64,000 bases of DNA from the human T2T-CHM13v2.0 reference genome, Homo sapiens. Below the pieces are notes generated by a model. The model was given only the letters and a program-made list of their open reading frames with translations, searched no databases and had not been told where the DNA came from. Where the stretch lies: assembly GCF_009914755.1 (NCBI RefSeq), contig NC_060929.1; one strand, given 5' to 3'. The position numbers and the translations under genes were made by a program. This document shows positions 59,641 through 64,000 of the stretch, in pieces (the first letter of the stretch is position 1; every line of letters starts with the position of its first letter).

Positions 59641-60633
59641 GGATTCCACTCCAGCAATGTTTCAGGGTGCCCCAAGAGAGTAATGGTTTTAAAAGTTCAG
59701 AGAAGGGAGAGGTTGCCTCTGAAATAATTATCTCTGGACATATGACACCTGTCTCTCTTTCCTAAATGAAGACCACTCAACAGCAAACAAATCACAGGAT
59801 GTCAACATGACAGAGCTGATGTCATAGTCTACACTTAAGCTGTGACTAAGTTCAAGAGTCCATTCCTGTTCTTCAAGTAACAAAAATGCTACTAGATTTC
59901 AACACAGAAATAATATTCACTCAGTATTTACTGACTTTAAAATACCTTACCAGTTACCATGAGGAAAGAAAAAAAAATAGCTAAGATATTGACTCTGACA
60001 TGAAGGAAATTATTATATAGTGGGAGAAAGTTGCTTAGGATTAGTAATTAAGCAATGTATCAGAACTGAGATCTTATGATTCTCCAATTTAAACTCAGCT
60101 ATTAAAGTTTATTGAAATAATTTATAACATATCTAGGTGTTAGTATTGGAACTGGAGGTAGAAAAAAAGTTTTATCTTCTTTGCTGGAAAGAAATTTGCA
60201 AAACGTTTGTTGATGAAGGAATGGTATAGGCAGAATATAAAGTTTTCCTACAAGTTAGTAATAAAAAGACAAACCACCTAATCAAAAGTTAGATGAAATA
60301 CTCAAACAGACGTTTCTCAAAAGAAGACATAAAAAGGTGAGCACGTTTTCATGTGCTTATTGGCCATTTCTATTAGTCATCAGGGAAATGCAAAGTAAAT
60401 GAGATACCACTATCCACCTATCAGAATGGCTTACAATTAAAAAGATTGATAGCACCAGCTGTGATGCAGATATAGAAAATCAGAACTCTCAGACATTGTT
60501 GGTAGGCTTGTAAAATGATACAAGTATTTTGGGAAAAGGCCTGACATGTTCTTATAAAGCTAGACAGGCACCTACCCTGTGATGTCACAATTCTACTCCT
60601 AGATATTTAACAAAGGAAAAAAAATACTGTCTA

Positions 60634-60922
60634 GCCAAATGTGGTGGCTCCTGCCTGTAACCCCAGCTACTTGGGGAGCTGAGGCAGGAGGATCCCTGGA
60701 GGCCAGGTGTTTAAGAGCAGCCTGGGCAACCTAGCAAGACCCTGTCTCTACAAAAAAAAAAAAAAAGTTTAATTAGCTGGATGTAGTGGTGCGCACCTGC
60801 AGTCCTAGCTATTCAAGTGGCTGAGGCAGGAGGATTGCTTGAGCCCAGGAGTTCAAGGTCGTAGTGAGCTATGATTATGCTACTGCACTCCCGCCTGGAT
60901 GACAGAGAGTGACCTCATTTCT
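60634..60922 (+). mobile_element. AluJ
   Basis: J-type dimer with an atypical T-rich 3' flank. Confidence 0.88.
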
Positions 60923-61284
60923 TTCTTTTTTTTTTCTTCTGTAAATTATGAATAACCTTGGAAGAGACCTTGTTTATTTAAAAAAAAAAAAAGCCTCTCT
61001 TTCCCCTAAACTGTATTCATCAATAAGGGAATTAATAAACTGTGCTACACTTACACAGTGAAGAAAAAGTAACAAAATACACATCAACAAAAAATAGTAA
61101 ACTATTGATATAGCAGCATATAGCAGCAACATTGATACATCCCAAAAACATTATGTTGAGTGAAATGAGTCTTACTCAAAAGAGAACACATTATAAGATT
61201 CCGTTTATATGAAGTTCTAGGACAGTCAAATCTACTCTGTGGTAGAAGAAAAAATGAAAACAGTTGTTTCTTCTTTTGGGTGAC

Positions 61285-61958
61285 TGCTATCACCTGAATG
61301 TGTGTGTTCCCTCAAAATTCATATGTTGAAACCTAATCACCAATGCAATAGTATTAAGAGATGGGGTCTTTGGAAGGTGATTAGGATAGGAAGGAGGAGC
61401 CCTCATCAATAGGATTTGGGCTCTTAGAAAAGAGACCTAGCCTGGCATTGTGGCTCACGCCTGTAATCCTAAAACTTTGGGAGACATGGATCACTTGAGC
61501 TCAGGAGTTCGAGACCAGCCTGGGCAACATGACGAAACCCCATCTCTACAAAAAAGTACAAAAATTAGCCAGGTGTGGTGGTGTGCTCCTATAGTCCCAG
61601 CTACTTGGGGACTAGGGCAGGAGGATAGCTTGAACCTGGGAGGTCAAGGCTGCAGTGAACTGAGATCATGCCACTGCACTCCAGCCTGGGTGACAAAGTG
61701 AGACCCTGTCTCAAAAAAAAGAGAGACCCAAGAGAGCTGCCTTGCCCCTTCCACCATGTGAGGATGCAACAAGAAGTCATCTAAGAACTAGGAAAAGTCA
61801 TCCTAAGAACTAGGAAACAGGCCCTCACCAGTCACTGAATCTGCCAGAGCCTTGATCTTGGACTTCCCAGCCTCCGGAACTATAAGAGACAAATTTCTGT
61901 TGTTTATAAACCTCTAGTTTGTGATATTTTGTTATAGCAGCCTGAATACACAAGGACA
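61285..61958 (+). mobile_element. MLT1A-type LTR interrupted by an AluJ (61439-61720)
   Basis: tgctatcacctgaatgtgtgtgttccctcaaaattcatatgttgaaacc...gttatagcagcctgaatacacaaggaca. Confidence 0.88.
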
Positions 61959-62499
61959 GTGGGGGTGGAGATGGACTGAGAAGGGACATGAAGGAAGTTT
62001 TTGAGTTGATGATAATTCCCCATGTCTTGCTGGGAGTTTGGTTACAAATATATATGTATTTGTCAAAACTTGATAAATGTACACATAAGATAGTGTATTT
62101 CATTTTACATAAATTTTATATCAAAAGAAAAATCTATAAATATTAAACTTCACTTAGTAGTATACATGCTGAAGTATTTAGGGAAAGTGTATTGATACCT
62201 ACAATTAACTTTGAAATATATCAAAAAATATAACGGGTGATGTGAGTGGGGCTTGTGGGTTAAAAATATACATGATGGAACAATTAATGAGTAGATGAAC
62301 AGACATGACCAAACAAGCATGATATTATGTTAATAGAATCTGTGTCATGGGTATGTAGATGGATGTTCATTGTAACTCATTATAAAATTGTAAAATTCTT
62401 TTTACTTTGCTGTATGTTTGGAAATTTTTATAACAAAATGTTGAAAATATATATATAATCAATAGACTTCAAAGTGGAGCATAATGGTATAAATACTGA

Positions 62500-62951
<452 letters not shown>

Positions 62952-63029
62952 TGACTGCATAGTTATACACCAATATCACTATGCCAAAAGCAACTTAACT
63001 ATGCCTCTACAGTAGATGTTCACTATAGC

Positions 63030-63200
63030 AGAGGCAGGAGGAAAAGCCCTAGAATAGAGGCCAGATGTTGGGGTTCCAGTCCTCCTCAACTCAGTCTCTG
63101 CTGGCTACTCTCTGTCTGATCCTTGCTGGGCAGGTTCTCTATCTCACCTGTCCTCAGTCTTCTCCTGTGTTAACTGAGGTACCAAGATTAAAAGAAATCT
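63030..63200 (+). mobile_element. MIR SINE
   Basis: gggcaggttctctatctcacctgtcctcagtcttctcctgtgt. Confidence 0.6.
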
Positions 63201-63553
63201 ACAGCCCCTGCCAGCTCTGTACTTGGTGCTTTTATAAGGGTGGTTTGTAGTTTTTACTTTGTTATGAATAAAACCATTATGAATAATTTTAGAGAGTTAC
63301 TTGTCAAATTGTAAAAATAATAATATTGGCTGAGTGACATAAGATTCAGAAAAATAAGAAAATGTTTAAAAGTTTAAACAAAAAAAACTAATCACACATA
63401 AGCACTCTACCCAAAGATTATAATTGTCAACATTCCAGTGTATCTTCTTCTACATTAGATTTGCAGTGAGCCATGATTGCACCACTGCACTCCACTGTAT
63501 GTACTTTCAAACATACAGCAAAGTTCAAAGAACTTTAGAATGAATTACAATGG

Positions 63554-63940
<387 letters not shown>

Positions 63941-64000
63941 TCACACCTGTTCATCTACCCATTAATGGCTCCATCATATATATTTTTAACCCAGAAGCCC

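Larger units (their letters stand above)
60230..62450 (+). mobile_element. L1M 3' region with nested AluJ, MLT1A and Alu
   Basis: aaacagacgtttctcaaaagaagacat...attagtcatcagggaaatgcaa...aaacattatgttgagtgaaatgagtc. Confidence 0.85.

Overview
Primate (most likely human; AluY-type diagnostic bases present) non-coding genomic DNA, either intronic or intergenic. I found no credible protein-coding exon, RNA gene or processed pseudogene, and I cannot name the locus. The supplied ORFs are Alu/LTR/L1/microsatellite artefacts or short chance ORFs. The window is repeat-dense: about 36 near-full Alus plus monomers and fragments, old L1/L2/CR1/MIR pieces, MaLR (MLT1) and ERV LTRs (solo LTR8, LTR40-like, LTR16-like), and DNA transposon fossils (2x MER1A, MER53, MER58A, MER5, and a Tigger-like fossil that still reads as a transposase HTH). 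The most notable structures are: (i) a ~200 bp, ~93% identical local inverted duplication (57149-57350 / 57923-58123) that copies an LTR-like/MER5A junction; (ii) a 331 nt pure-pyrimidine (CTT/CCT)n tract grown from an Alu tail; (iii) a CpG-retaining patch with CTCF, ETS and NRF1-like motifs at ~53.4-54.0 kb; (iv) a polypyrimidine-CAG|GTAAG juxtaposition at 22260 (candidate recursive splice site or first-exon donor); (v) a 118 bp-period tandem duplication at the window start. I see no evidence for a new multi-gene system. Repeat family names come from my recall of consensus sequences, not from a database search, and boundaries of old repeats are approximate.
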